This document shows, piece after piece, positions 48,899 to 58,937 of a stretch of 64,000 bases of DNA. The notes under the pieces were generated by a model. That model was given only the letters and a program-made list of their open reading frames with translations, made no database searches and was not told the DNA's origin. Positions within the stretch are counted from its first letter, which is position 1. Every line of letters starts with the position of its first letter. Position numbers and translations under genes: made by a program. Source of the DNA: Candidatus Aminicenantes bacterium (GTDB lineage: Bacteria > Acidobacteriota > Aminicenantia > Aminicenantales > UBA4085); assembly GCA_963729855.1 (NCBI GenBank), contig CAVSPT010000002.1, positions 10,012-74,011 on the forward strand, in the 5' to 3' direction.

Positions 48899-49318
48899 TT
48901 GAAGGGAAATAAGCCGGTTCACAGGGAGAAATACCCTGATATTTGCAAAACGTGGGGCGACTGGATTCGAGCTCGGAGAATCGATTTGAAGCTCACAAAA
49001 GCCCAACTTTCCCTCAACCTTAATGTTTCGGACATTACGATATATCTTTGGGAACATAATCGAGTCCAGCCGTCTGTAACCCAAATTCCGAAGATTATTG
49101 AGTTCTTGGGACGAGATCCCTTCGAAGCAAATTCCGAAAATTTGGGGGACAAACTCAGATCATACCGGCGGCTGAACGGACTTTCTCAAAAGAAATTTGC
49201 TAAGCAACTGGGAGTCGATTTTACGACTCTGGCCGGATGGGAGAGAGGGGAACACTGGCCGTCGAAAAAGATGCTTGATAAAATCAAATCGGTCTTTTTA
49301 TCCTCCATGCCGAGCTGA
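48878..49318 (+). CDS. Tandem-HTH XRE-family transcriptional regulator (copy 1)
   Basis: 146 aa; two helix-turn-helix units (LKLTKAQLSLNLNVSDITIYLWEHNRVQPS and NGLSQKKFAKQLGVDFTTLAGWERGEHWPS); putative TTG start lies antisense inside the comM fragment. Confidence 0.6.
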   Translation: MPYCHLILKGNKPVHREKYPDICKTWGDWIRARRIDLKLTKAQLSLNLNVSDITIYLWEHNRVQPSVTQIPKIIEFLGRDPFEANSENLGDKLRSYRRLNGLSQKKFAKQLGVDFTTLAGWERGEHWPSKKMLDKIKSVFLSSMPS

Positions 49319-49428
49319 CCTGACCCCCTTCCCCAAATGCCCCTCTCGTCTTTTCCCCGAGTGTCTTGAAATAAAATCGATAAGCCGCCGCCGCCGCTCT
49401 TCCTCTCTACGGCTTGCCCGGGAGTTGA
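49171..49428. repeat. Direct repeat A (~260 bp, 3' end of the HTH gene plus ~110 bp downstream)
   Basis: >90% identical to 51289-51553. Confidence 0.7.
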
Positions 49429-49670
49429 TTGTCGTCTGAAGCGCGAGAGGATGGCTTTTGCTAAAGGTAATAGCATGGACTAGTTCGAGATCGTCGTTCT
49501 TGAAGCATTTGGAGAAGGCGTTTTTCTGCGTTCATTGCAAAAATGGCTTTAGGGCTCACAATGGAATAAAATATTAAAGACAAGCAGGTCTTCAGTATAC
49601 CTTCCAAAGGTTTCTCGACTGTCCAAACAATGGGCGCGGCTTCATTTCCTTAAAAGCATGACTTAAGACG

Positions 49671-51149
49671 ATGAAAATACTCTTGATTTATCCAAAGTAT
49701 CCAGACACATTCTGGAGTTTTAAGCATGCTTTGAAATTCATCTCAAAAAAAGCATCTTTCCCCCCTTTGGGCTTATTAACCGTTGCTTCCATGCTCCCCA
49801 AAGAATGGGAGAGAAAGCTTATTGACATGAACGTCTCGGTTTTAACCGAGGAAGATCTCGAATGGGCGGACTATGTCTTTATCAGCGCTATGGTCATTCA
49901 GAAAACCTCAGCCAGGGAAGTGATTAGAAGATGCAAGAAATTGGGAATCAAAATTGTTGCCGGCGGCCCTCTTTTTACCACCGGATATGAAGAATTTGAG
50001 GGCATCGATCATCTTGTTCTTAATGAAGCTGAGAATACGCTTCCGTCTTTTCTGGATGATTTAAAGAATGGATGCGCCCAATATATGTATACCTCTAAAG
50101 AGTGGCCAGATTTAGAAGGGACTCCCTGTCCACAATGGGACCTCATCAACATGAAAAAATACGCTTCCATGTGCATCCAATATTCCAGAGGCTGTCCCTT
50201 TAATTGTGAATTTTGTGACATTATTGTTCTCAATGGTCATAAACCACGGACAAAGAGTAAAGACCAGATTTTGGGAGAACTGGAAGTTTTATACGAACAA
50301 GGCTGGAGAGGCGGGGTGTTCTTTGTCGATGACAATTTTATAGGTAATACGAAAAGACTGAAAACGGAAATTCTTCCCGCTCTCATCGATTGGATGAAAG
50401 AGAAAAAATATCCTTTTTATTTTTTCACAGAAGCATCTATCAATCTATCTGATGATAAGAAGCTAATGCAATTAATGGTCAAGGCCGGATTTGAAAGGGT
50501 TTTTATCGGAATTGAAACGCCGAATGAAGATAGCCTCACAGAATGCAATAAATACCTGAATAAGAATCGTAACCTGATAGCTTGCGTAAAAAATATTCAA
50601 AACACCGGCCTAGAAGTTCAGGGGGGATTCATCGTAGGTTTTGATAATGATCCTCTTTCTATCTTTGAAAGACAGATAAGTTTTATTCAAAAGAGCGGAA
50701 TAGTCACGGCTATGGTTGGGTTGTTGAATGCACCGCCGGGGACAAAGCTTTTTCAGCGTCTAAAAAAAGAAGAAAGATTATTGGATGATCCCTCTGGTGA
50801 TAACACCGACTTTTCACTCAACTTCATCCCCAAAATGAATGCTGACGCACTCATGACTGGGTATAAGAAAATCCTCAATACGATTTATTCCCCTAGAGAC
50901 TATTATAAACGCGTGATAACATTTTTTAAGGAATATAAACCAATACGGATAAGAAAAAAGATCCATTTTAAATTTTGTTATATCAACGCATTCTTCAAAT
51001 CTATCTGGTTTTTGGGGATAAAAGGAAAAGAAAGATTGTACTATTGGAAACTTTTTTCCTGGACATTAGTAAGGCATCCCCGCTTTTTTCACTTAGCAAT
51101 CACACTCGCAATTTATGGTTTTCATTTTCAAAAAACTATGGCAGCTTAA
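49671..51149 (+). CDS. B12-binding radical SAM protein with C-terminal DUF4070-like tail
   Basis: 492 aa; N-terminal cobalamin-binding Rossmann-like region, CPFNCEFCD radical-SAM cluster motif, long C-terminal extension; low-GC codon usage. Confidence 0.85.
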   Translation: MKILLIYPKYPDTFWSFKHALKFISKKASFPPLGLLTVASMLPKEWERKLIDMNVSVLTEEDLEWADYVFISAMVIQKTSAREVIRRCKKLGIKIVAGGPLFTTGYEEFEGIDHLVLNEAENTLPSFLDDLKNGCAQYMYTSKEWPDLEGTPCPQWDLINMKKYASMCIQYSRGCPFNCEFCDIIVLNGHKPRTKSKDQILGELEVLYEQGWRGGVFFVDDNFIGNTKRLKTEILPALIDWMKEKKYPFYFFTEASINLSDDKKLMQLMVKAGFERVFIGIETPNEDSLTECNKYLNKNRNLIACVKNIQNTGLEVQGGFIVGFDNDPLSIFERQISFIQKSGIVTAMVGLLNAPPGTKLFQRLKKEERLLDDPSGDNTDFSLNFIPKMNADALMTGYKKILNTIYSPRDYYKRVITFFKEYKPIRIRKKIHFKFCYINAFFKSIWFLGIKGKERLYYWKLFSWTLVRHPRFFHLAITLAIYGFHFQKTMAA

Positions 51150-51288
51150 TTATTTTTGAATGAGTCGCTAATTCGCTCCGCTGTCTTTTCTTATTGCTGG
51201 GAAGCAGGAGTCCAAGAGCTTTGGGTTCTGTTCGCCTCATACTCATTTAAATTTCCTTTTTCCTTCAATGCCAAACGTTAATAAACCA

Positions 51289-51436
51289 GCTGAAGGGGCT
51301 TTCTCAAAAGAAATTCGCTGAGCAACTGGGAGTCGATTTTACGACTCTGGCCGGATGGGAGAGAGGGGAATACTGGCCGACGAAAAAGATGCTTGATAAA
51401 ATCAAATCGGTCTTTTTATCCTCCATGCCGAACTGA
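51289..51436 (+). pseudogene. 3' fragment (last ~48 codons) of a third XRE-HTH gene copy
   Basis: Begins abruptly at 51289; mosaic similarity (5' end like copy 2 at 60630, remainder like copy 1 at 49171); no start codon. Confidence 0.5.
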
Positions 51437-51553
51437 CCTGCCCCCCTTCCCCAAATATCCTTCTCGTCTTTTCCCCGAGTGTCTTGAAATAAAATCGATA
51501 AGCCGCCGGCGCCGCTCTTCCTCTCTACGACTTGCCCGGGATGGTGATCGTCT
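51289..51553. repeat. Direct repeat B (partner of 49171-49428)
   Basis: Direct comparison of the two sequences. Confidence 0.7.
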
Positions 51554-51656
51554 CTAAAACAAGAAAATGGCTGTGGCGATGACCGGATAGCCGAAGATCT
51601 CGTTCCACTGCGAAAAGCTACGGTTGGAAGTCAGGATCAAGGGCGCTCTAGATCAG

Positions 51657-52127
51657 CTATATTTTACGATGGATGTATTTTGTGTAATCCTTGATGACTG
51701 GGTGATATTCTTTCTTCATAAGAGGCGAAGAAATCATGAAATCCGCGGTCGAGCGATTGCAGGCGATGGGAATATTATAGACCACCGCGATTCGAAGGAG
51801 CGCTTTAACATCTACATCATGAGGCTGCGGTTCCATGGGGTCCCAAAAGAAAATGACGAAATCGATTCGACCCTCGGCGATCATTCCCCCGAGCTGCTGA
51901 TCCCCTCCGAGCGGACCCGACTTCAATTTGTTGATTTCAAAAGGCTCTTTTTTAATATGATCGCGCTCGAATTTTTTACTGATAATTTCCTCTACCAAGC
52001 GGCCCGTGGTCCCCGTGCAGACCAATTTATGTCGAACCAAGGTTCGATAGTTGAACTCGACCCATTCTCCGAGATCGGGTTTTCGATTATCGTGCGCCAC
52101 AAGAGCGATCGTCTTTATCCTTTCCAT
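51657..52127 (-). CDS. mgsA: Methylglyoxal synthase
   Basis: 156 aa; IALVAHD, CTGTTG, SGPLGGDQQLGGMIAEGRIDFVIFFWDP, PHDVDVKALLR nearly identical motifs to E. coli MgsA. Confidence 0.9.
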   Translation of the reverse strand: MERIKTIALVAHDNRKPDLGEWVEFNYRTLVRHKLVCTGTTGRLVEEIISKKFERDHIKKEPFEINKLKSGPLGGDQQLGGMIAEGRIDFVIFFWDPMEPQPHDVDVKALLRIAVVYNIPIACNRSTADFMISSPLMKKEYHPVIKDYTKYIHRKI

Positions 52128-52660
52128 AGAAAAAGCCTCCAGGTGGACTCAAAAATCTATTGCCGCCGATCTAGTAAGCAGAATTATATCGGGAAAAGGC
52201 ATGATCCCCAAATTCAATTGAAGAAAAATCCTAATCTATCAATGAGGCGCCACCCCCGCTACCCAGCGTCGCTATCCGGGCCCGGCCCCTCGGGCCCCGC
52301 CTCTTCCAAATCGACTTTAATCGATTTACAGAAACTCTTGAAATCCGCAAAGACGTTCTTTTGAATTGCGCCTTGGTTAACGGTTGTTTTTCCTAACTGA
52401 TCGAGATGATCTTCAACCCTCAATGGGTGGTTTGAATAAAAAATCACGAAGGCCGATGAAGGAATATTTTGTTTTGTTCGTTTTTATATTCTCGATGATA
52501 ATTTGGAGTAGTTCTTTTGATGAAGTCCCATATTCAGTTTCCGCATTCCTCCAAATCGTAAAGACAAGCGGCCCTCTGCTTGGAGTCTCATTATTCGTTA
52601 CCATCTTCCCCTTCCTTAAAAATCACTATCTCAACCCGGTCGCACTCCGGGCGGAATTCT

Positions 52661-53113
52661 CTAGGTCGACGAGATCAGCGTTTCTAACGTTTTGATATGG
52701 TTCTGGTCGCCGTTGGCGAGGGCCTGGAAAAGCCGCTGGAGATGAGCGTCTGAGACGACGAGGGAGGCTCCGATGTGGATTCTTTCGAACCTTTTCTCCA
52801 GACTGAGGAGCCATTTCAGGCCGGGGAGAAGGCCAAAATTTTTTTGGAGCCGATCGTGTAATTCCCGGCATTCTTGGAGGCCGAGATTCAATTCTTCTTC
52901 GTCGAAGTTCACGCCTAGGAATATACACGGGGCCTCTTTCAAAAAATTCTTGCCCATCTTGAGGGTTGAGGCGTGGTTGAGTTCTTCGTGGGAGATTTTG
53001 ATAAGCTTCTTTGAAATTGCGTCGTCATGCGTGAGCGTAGCGATCTTCCGGTAGAGCTCGGAGATTTGAGTCTCGATCTCGGTGCCGAGGGTTAGAAACT
53101 TTTCGAATTCCAC
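52661..53113 (-). CDS. Ferritin-like (diiron-carboxylate four-helix-bundle) protein, putative
   Basis: 150 aa, all-helical, paired E...ExxH motifs (EELNH, ERIH) as in ferritin-like superfamily; GTG start with GAGAAAGGGGG RBS. Confidence 0.4.
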   Translation of the reverse strand: MEFEKFLTLGTEIETQISELYRKIATLTHDDAISKKLIKISHEELNHASTLKMGKNFLKEAPCIFLGVNFDEEELNLGLQECRELHDRLQKNFGLLPGLKWLLSLEKRFERIHIGASLVVSDAHLQRLFQALANGDQNHIKTLETLISST

Positions 53114-53126
53114 GCGGCCCCCTTTC

Positions 53127-53240
53127 TCAGGAAGTTGCTTCTGCTTCTTCCTCGATCGTGATGTTAATGATCATACAGTACTCCGGGCGTTCGTCGTGGT
53201 CAATCATGGTGCCCATCTTGTAGTACCGGCAGTAGACCAT
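53127..53240 (-). CDS. 37-aa micro-ORF (MVYCRYYKMGTMIDHDERPEYCMIINITIEEEAEATS)
   Basis: ATG preceded by GGAGGGGGG; stops 14 nt before the ferritin-like gene start; two Cys, Tyr-rich N-half, acidic tail; below ORF-track cutoff. Confidence 0.2.
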   Translation of the reverse strand: MVYCRYYKMGTMIDHDERPEYCMIINITIEEEAEATS

Positions 53241-53311
53241 CCCCCCTCCGGATCTTTCCCGGCGGGCAGCTCGGGCAGGACGTCGGACGGAAGGCTGTTA
53301 TTAGCATAATC

Positions 53312-53494
53312 TCAAATAATTCTAATCTTGCAATACCATCCAAATAGCGCTTCCTTAATATTGATCGAACCTCGATTCTGGTCTTCCTCCATTATTTTTG
53401 CATTCGGGGCATCGGAAAAGGCTTCTTGATGAAGTTTCATGGAGGCAATAAAGCTGCGGATTGCTATTGCCTCTTCCCTTTCCCGCCTCTCCAA
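53312..53494 (-). CDS. 60-aa helical hypothetical protein
   Basis: ORF-track only; same strand and upstream of micro-ORF; competing 67-aa ORF on + strand (53439-53642). Confidence 0.2.
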   Translation of the reverse strand: MERREREEAIAIRSFIASMKLHQEAFSDAPNAKIMEEDQNRGSINIKEALFGWYCKIRII

Positions 53495-53942
53495 CTTGCA
53501 CTTGCTTTTTGTTGCTAAAACGGATGCCCTAACGATTGCTGGCTATATGAAGGCCTTGCTCGTCCTTAAAGAGATGCAGAAATCAGGGGAGATTGAAATT
53601 GTGGCGTTCCAAGGATTGAAGTCATGGATTCGTTCTTTGTGATAAAATATTTCTAGCTCTCGTTAGTCAGCTGGGGAGAGTCCTCCCATCAATCCCCCTT
53701 TTTGCCAACAGCCGGCAATATGTGTGCTCATAATTTGTTCGATTTCCCGAAAATTCACACAGGAACCTTATGATCGGAGCCCGTGGAACTTTGCCCTTCG
53801 AGTTTATTAGATCCTGAACGGAAAGATTAAAGGCAAACTGATAGCAGAAGAACTTATTTTTTATAAAACCGATCAATAATGTAATATGCGACTTTTTCCT
53901 TGTCAGGATGCGGGGCTTTCAAATCTTCCATCAATTTCGAGA

Positions 53943-53972
53943 TTGACTTGATGCAGAATCTCCTTTTATAAT
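53943..53972 (+). promoter_or_regulatory. Near-consensus sigma70 promoter (TTGACT-18-TATAAT) for nfeD-stomatin operon
   Basis: TTGACT 53943-48, TATAAT 53967-72, only 9 nt before the TTG start at 53982 (leaderless or very short leader). Confidence 0.5.
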
Positions 53973-53981
53973 GGAATCAAC

Positions 53982-55259
53982 TTGAGGGAAAAATATTTCG
54001 CTTTAATTTTTCTGGTTCTTTTCCCTGTTTTTTCTCCCGCCGCCATCCTGAAAATCACCGTTGACGCGGCCATCCATCCGGTGACATCCGAGTATATCCG
54101 CGATTCGATCGACCGCGCCGATAAAGAGAACGCCGGCCTTCTTATCATGACGCTCAACACGCCCGGCGGCCTGGATTCGTCGATGCGGGAGATCATCGAG
54201 AAGATTCTTTCGGCCAAAACGCCCATCGCCGCTTTCGTCAGCCCGAGCGGAGGCCGCTCCGCATCCGCCGGATTTTTCATCGGCATCGCCTGCGACCTTT
54301 TCATTATGGCGCCCGGAACCAACACCGGAGCCGCGCATCCCGTCGGCGTTTCGATTACGGGACAGTCCATGGACAAAACCATGGAGGATAAAGTCACGCA
54401 CGACGCGGCATCTTACATCAAGACGTTGGCTGAAAAACGCGGCCGCAACGTCCAGATGGCCGAGGACGCCGTCAGAAAAAGCCTGTCCTATACGGAAAAG
54501 GAGGCGCTCCAGGGAGGTCTCATCGATTTCATCGCGAAGAATGAGCAGGAAATCATCGACGCCTTCGATCAAAAGACCATCGGACGTTTCCATGGCGACA
54601 CCGTCGTCCTCCGTCTCAAACAAGAGCCGGTGATCAGCGTGGACATGTCCGCCCGGCAGAAATTTCTTCTGACGATTTCCAACCCCAACCTTGCCTACAT
54701 CCTGCTCATGATCGGCCTGCTCGGGTTGTATTTTGAATTCGCCAATCCCGGCGCCGTTCTCCCCGGGATCCTGGGCGGCATCTCGCTTCTCCTGGCCATT
54801 TTTTCGTTCCAAATCCTGCCTATCAATTACGTCGGCCTGATTCTCATTCTTTTGGCTATGGCCCTGTTTATTCTGGAGGTCAAGGTGCACAGCTTCGGCG
54901 CCTTTTCAATCGGTGGCATCATCGCCCTGGTCATCGGCTCGATGATGCTCATCAAGGCCCCGATTCCCGAGCTCCGGCCGAGCCTCCGGATCATCATCCC
55001 CGTAGCGCTTGGCATCTCCCTGATCCTTATCTTCCTCGTCTATCTCGTCATCCGGGCCCAGGCCCGCCGGTCGCTCACCGGAAAGGAAGGAATGGTCGGG
55101 GAAATCGGGACCGCCCGGACCGACCTCACCTCCGAGGGGAAGGTTTTCGTCCACGGCGAACTCTGGGAGGCGGAGGCGGTCGAGCCCATTAGTGCGGGCG
55201 AAAAGGTGCGGATCGTCGAGGTCCTTAAGACCCTAAAAATCAAGGTTAAAAAAGCTTGA
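53982..55259 (+). CDS. NfeD-family membrane-bound ClpP-class serine protease
   Basis: 425 aa; signal peptide, ClpP-like domain with GGLDSS...GAAHPVG, C-terminal TM bundle and OB-fold. Confidence 0.8.
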   Translation: MREKYFALIFLVLFPVFSPAAILKITVDAAIHPVTSEYIRDSIDRADKENAGLLIMTLNTPGGLDSSMREIIEKILSAKTPIAAFVSPSGGRSASAGFFIGIACDLFIMAPGTNTGAAHPVGVSITGQSMDKTMEDKVTHDAASYIKTLAEKRGRNVQMAEDAVRKSLSYTEKEALQGGLIDFIAKNEQEIIDAFDQKTIGRFHGDTVVLRLKQEPVISVDMSARQKFLLTISNPNLAYILLMIGLLGLYFEFANPGAVLPGILGGISLLLAIFSFQILPINYVGLILILLAMALFILEVKVHSFGAFSIGGIIALVIGSMMLIKAPIPELRPSLRIIIPVALGISLILIFLVYLVIRAQARRSLTGKEGMVGEIGTARTDLTSEGKVFVHGELWEAEAVEPISAGEKVRIVEVLKTLKIKVKKA

Positions 55260-55305
55260 CCTATACGATAATGGGAGGCCTTACGGTCTCGGCAAGGAGA
55301 AAAAA

Positions 55306-56067
55306 ATGGAAAGTTACCCGGTCATCGTCGTCGCCCTCATCGTCCTTTATATCCTGGGTTCGATCAAGATCCTGAGAGAATACGAGCGCGGAGTCATTTT
55401 TCGGCTCGGCCGCGTCCTGCCTAAGCCCAAAGGGCCCGGCATCATCTTGGTCTTCTTCCCGATCGACCGCATGGTGAGAATCAGCCTGCGACTCATCACG
55501 ATGGCCATCCCCCCCCAGGATGTCATCACAAAGGACAATGTCACGGTGAAGGTCAACGCCGTTCTCTACTTCAGGGTCATCGACCCGCTCAAATCCGTGA
55601 TTGACGTGCAGGATTATCTCAACGCCACCTCCCAGTTGGCACAGACGACCCTGCGCAGCGTCCTCGGCCAGGTTCCGCTCGACGACCTCCTCTCGGAGCG
55701 GGATAAATTGAACACCCGCATCCAGGCCATCATCGAGCAGCACACCGACCCCTGGGGCATCAAAGTCCAGCTCGTGGAGATGAAACAGGTGGACCTTCCG
55801 GAGAACATGGTCCGGGCCATCGCCAAACAAGCCGAGGCTGAACGGGAACGCCGGGCCAAGGTCATTCACGCCGAAGGCGAATTCCAGGCCGCCGATAAAC
55901 TCCTCCAGGCCGCCAACATCATTTCTACAAATCCGCAGGCTCTCCAGCTCCGATTCCTAGGCACCTTGACGGAGATTGCCGCGGAAAAAAATTCGACGAT
56001 CATCTTTCCTCTCCCCATGGAGCTCTTGAAAGCCTTCACCTATGAAAAAAAGCAGGAGGACAAATAG
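55306..56067 (+). CDS. SPFH/band-7 (stomatin/slipin-like) protein
   Basis: 253 aa; N-terminal TM, SPFH core, classic nfeD-stomatin operon partner; AAGGAG RBS. Confidence 0.85.
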   Translation: MESYPVIVVALIVLYILGSIKILREYERGVIFRLGRVLPKPKGPGIILVFFPIDRMVRISLRLITMAIPPQDVITKDNVTVKVNAVLYFRVIDPLKSVIDVQDYLNATSQLAQTTLRSVLGQVPLDDLLSERDKLNTRIQAIIEQHTDPWGIKVQLVEMKQVDLPENMVRAIAKQAEAERERRAKVIHAEGEFQAADKLLQAANIISTNPQALQLRFLGTLTEIAAEKNSTIIFPLPMELLKAFTYEKKQEDK

Positions 56068-56713
56068 GGCCCAGGACAAAAGAGATGCCAGATCGCGAAT
56101 TTAAATTCTCGAGCACCTAGTTCGTCGTCGTCTTCATTGTCATCCTGGTCCAGAGTGTTTTCATCTTCTTGATCGAATTTTTGGTCGTCAAAAAAACAGG
56201 TTGATCTTTCGGCAGGTGTTTGTCGTCAGGCGGTTTCGGACTCGCGAGCTGACTTCTTAAGCTACAGGTTCCTGGTCTCATAATATTTTAACTGACGCCG
56301 TTTGGCAAGGCTTCAAGAATCGCCATCCGGTTCAACTCCCTCCTCATCTTCATGGTCTCCTGGCGGACATTTTCCCACTTTTTCAAGATCACGCGGTCCC
56401 GTCCGTAATACTTGTCTGGACGATAAATTAAGCTGCCGCTTTTGCGCGAGCCCAGAGGTACGGCTATGGGAAGCCGTCCTAACGATCCGCTTTGTAAAGC
56501 GGTCTGTAGGCGGCCCAGCTAGAGAAATGAAATGCCAAGTCTATCGCTGCTAGGATTGCGGCAGGAATTTCGATGAGGTTGAAGCCGAAGGAAAAAAATA
56601 ATCCTAAAGTCGGGCCCACGTTCTCCTAATCGTTTTTTCTTCCCTTAGCCAAGAAAAAAGCCGACGTTACGCATATGATTATCCCCAAATATATCTGAGC
56701 AAAAAGATATTTA

Positions 56714-56865
56714 GCTCCTAGAATTGCCCCTAAGATTAGGGCAAGTCCTAGGAGCCTGTCGGAAAACCCCCTATTTCCGGGGTTTTCCCTTAAATGGCAT
56801 GAAGAAAATAAACGATTTACGCAACGAATAACCCGAAATTATGAGGTAATCCGACAGGCTCCTAG
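56714..56865. repeat. Nested palindromes: imperfect ~42-bp palindrome (56714-56755) and perfect 16-bp inverted repeats (56748-56763 / 56850-56865)
   Basis: gctcctagaattgcccctaagattagggcaagtcctaggagc; ctaggagcctgtcgga ... tccgacaggctcctag enclosing hairpin aaaaccccc..ggggtttt. Confidence 0.6.
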
Positions 56866-57209
56866 AAAGCAGAAAAAAACGATTACATATCTTTGCGCGT
56901 TTTTCATTATTCCCCCCTCTTTAGAATTTCCCGGTTTAGCTTTAGGTAATCTTCGGCCCCGTGGCTATTCGGCGCATAGACGAAAATATCTTGTCCGTAG
57001 CTCGGGGCTTCCGCTAATGCGGCCAGCGTGACCTTGCGTATGCATTCCCAAATCATTGTTGGAGCACCCCGAGGCCGAGCGACCATAGCAGTATAACAAT
57101 AATCGATTGGAACACAAGAATTTAAGGCCTTTGAAGACCCTTGCCGTCACCGGCCGGGCCCGCTATACACCTTCAACCCGCCCAAACTGTCTAACCGTTA
57201 GGGGACACC

Positions 57210-58832
57210 TCACAATCCGTTGGTGAAGCTTCTGAGCGTCTTCGACCGGCTTGGATGCTTAAGCTGGCGCAGAGCCTTGGCCTCGATCTGACGAATGCGC
57301 TCTCGGGTGAGCTTGAACTGCTGGCCAACTTCCTCCAGGGTATGATCGTTCCCGCCGCCCAGGCCGAAGCGCATCTTGAGGATCTTCGCCTCGCGCTCGG
57401 TCAAGCTTCTTAGAGCCTCCTCGATTTTTTCGCGCAGATTGATATGGATAACGGTGTCAGGAGGCGAGAGCATGACCTTGTCTTCGATGAAGTCGCCGAG
57501 GTGGCTGTCCCCCTCCTCGCCGATGGGCGTTTCGATGGAGAGAGGCTGCTTAACGGTCTTGATGATTTTGCGAACCTTGCTCGCCGGCAGGTCCATTTTC
57601 TTGGCAATTTCCTCGCTGGTCGGCTCGCGGCCGATCTCCTGAACGAGCTGGCGGCTGACCCGGTTGAGCTTGTTAATGATATCGATCATATGGACCGGGA
57701 TGCGGATCGTGCGGGCCTGATCGGCGATGGCCCGGGTGATGGCCTGGCGGATCCACCATGTGGCGTAAGTCCCGAACTTAAATCCACGGCGGTATTCGAA
57801 CTTGTCGACAGCCTTCATGAGGCCCATGTTGCCCTCCTGGATGAGGTCCAGGAACTGCAAGCCGCGGCTGGAATATTTCTTGGCGATGGAGACAACCAGC
57901 CGGAGGTTGGCGGCGACGAGTTCTTTTTTGCCCTGGTCGCTGATCTTCTTCCCGGTAGTGATGGAGCGGATGATCTTTCGTAGATTGGGCAAATCAAGCC
58001 CGATGTCCGTTTGTATGGTCCGGATTTGCTTCTGCAGTTCCTGGAGCTTTTCGGACAGGTCTTCACCGTCCTTCTTTTTCCGGGTCTTGGCCAGGAGCAG
58101 CTCGATTTCCTCTTTTTTCTCGTCCAGTTGGTTGACGACGTGGAGCCAGCGGCGGAGGGTTTCAATGATCCTTTCCGTCTGGATTGTTCGAAATTTGAGA
58201 TGCCGAATGGATCTCGATATCTCGACGATGACGCGGCTTCGGGCGAGAGCCTTCTTCCGGTTTTTAGGGATCTTGTCCAACTTCCGGCTCAGGTTGTGGA
58301 TCTTTCGGACCTTGGCCAGGATTTGGTTTTTCTTTTCCTCGAGTTTGCCCTCGGCGATGGCGTCTTCGGAAATGTCAAACATCTCCTGGATGATCATCGG
58401 ATTGGCTTCAATTCGTTCTTCAAGGGACAGGACTTCGTTGAGGACCAGACGGGTCTTGCTGAGGGCCTTGATGATGGTTTTTTCGCCACGCTCGATTTCG
58501 CGGGCGATGGAGATCTCGCCTTCCCGGGTCAGCAGGCTGATATTGCCCATCTCCTGGAAGTAGAGCTTGACCGGGTCGGTCGTCCGCTCCAGCTCCTGAG
58601 TTGTCAGCAGCTCGTTCTTACGCTGGCGGGGTGCAACTTTGCGCTGTTTCTGGTCGAGGATTTTGATCCCGTAGCCATCGATCGAAGAGAGGAAATCGTC
58701 GAAATTCCCCTCCGTTTCGCGCGCGTCCTGGAAGGCCTTGTCGATATCATCAAAAAGAAGATAGCCCTGCTTGCGGCCCTTGGAGATGAGCTCCGATATC
58801 CCGTTTTTGGGAAGTTTAGTGTCGGCCGGCAC
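57210..58832 (-). CDS. rpoD: Second full-length primary-type sigma70 (RpoD paralog/xenolog)
   Basis: 540 aa colinear with the 7753-9408 RpoD (~85% aa identity; regions 2.4 and 4.2 essentially identical) but nucleotide sequence diverged and lower GC. Confidence 0.9.
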   Translation of the reverse strand: MPADTKLPKNGISELISKGRKQGYLLFDDIDKAFQDARETEGNFDDFLSSIDGYGIKILDQKQRKVAPRQRKNELLTTQELERTTDPVKLYFQEMGNISLLTREGEISIAREIERGEKTIIKALSKTRLVLNEVLSLEERIEANPMIIQEMFDISEDAIAEGKLEEKKNQILAKVRKIHNLSRKLDKIPKNRKKALARSRVIVEISRSIRHLKFRTIQTERIIETLRRWLHVVNQLDEKKEEIELLLAKTRKKKDGEDLSEKLQELQKQIRTIQTDIGLDLPNLRKIIRSITTGKKISDQGKKELVAANLRLVVSIAKKYSSRGLQFLDLIQEGNMGLMKAVDKFEYRRGFKFGTYATWWIRQAITRAIADQARTIRIPVHMIDIINKLNRVSRQLVQEIGREPTSEEIAKKMDLPASKVRKIIKTVKQPLSIETPIGEEGDSHLGDFIEDKVMLSPPDTVIHINLREKIEEALRSLTEREAKILKMRFGLGGGNDHTLEEVGQQFKLTRERIRQIEAKALRQLKHPSRSKTLRSFTNGL

Positions 58833-58893
58833 ATGGCACTCCTCACCGCTACGTTTCGCCCTTCAAAGAAAATACACCTTGACCCGAATTTGT

Positions 58894-58904
58894 TTAGTAT
58901 ACCA
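58894..58904 (-). promoter_or_regulatory. Putative extended -10 promoter (TGgTATACT) of island rpoD
   Basis: Minus-strand tggtatact ~60 nt upstream of ATG with GAGGAG RBS. Confidence 0.35.
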
Positions 58905-58937
58905 CCGGAGAAGTGAAAGTTATAGGCTCCAATACCT

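Noticed and set aside
51624-52364. 246-aa plus-strand ORF
   Set aside because: It is antisense to the strongly supported mgsA. It is likely spurious.
52384-52695. 79-103-aa hydrophobic ORF (MKEYFVLFVFIFSMIIW...) between mgsA and the ferritin-like gene
   Set aside because: It conflicts with an equally plausible overlapping minus-strand 63-aa ORF and has no RBS or family signal. There is too little support for either.
56100-56260. Minus-strand acidic peptide fragments (DDQKFDQEDENTLDQDDNEDDDE...)
   Set aside because: There is no start or RBS context. They are probably remnants of a decayed gene, so they are not called as CDS.
57210-58832. Second rpoD as an assembly duplication artefact
   Set aside because: The nucleotide sequence is substantially diverged from the 7753-9408 copy and has a different GC level, so it is not a collapsed or duplicated repeat.
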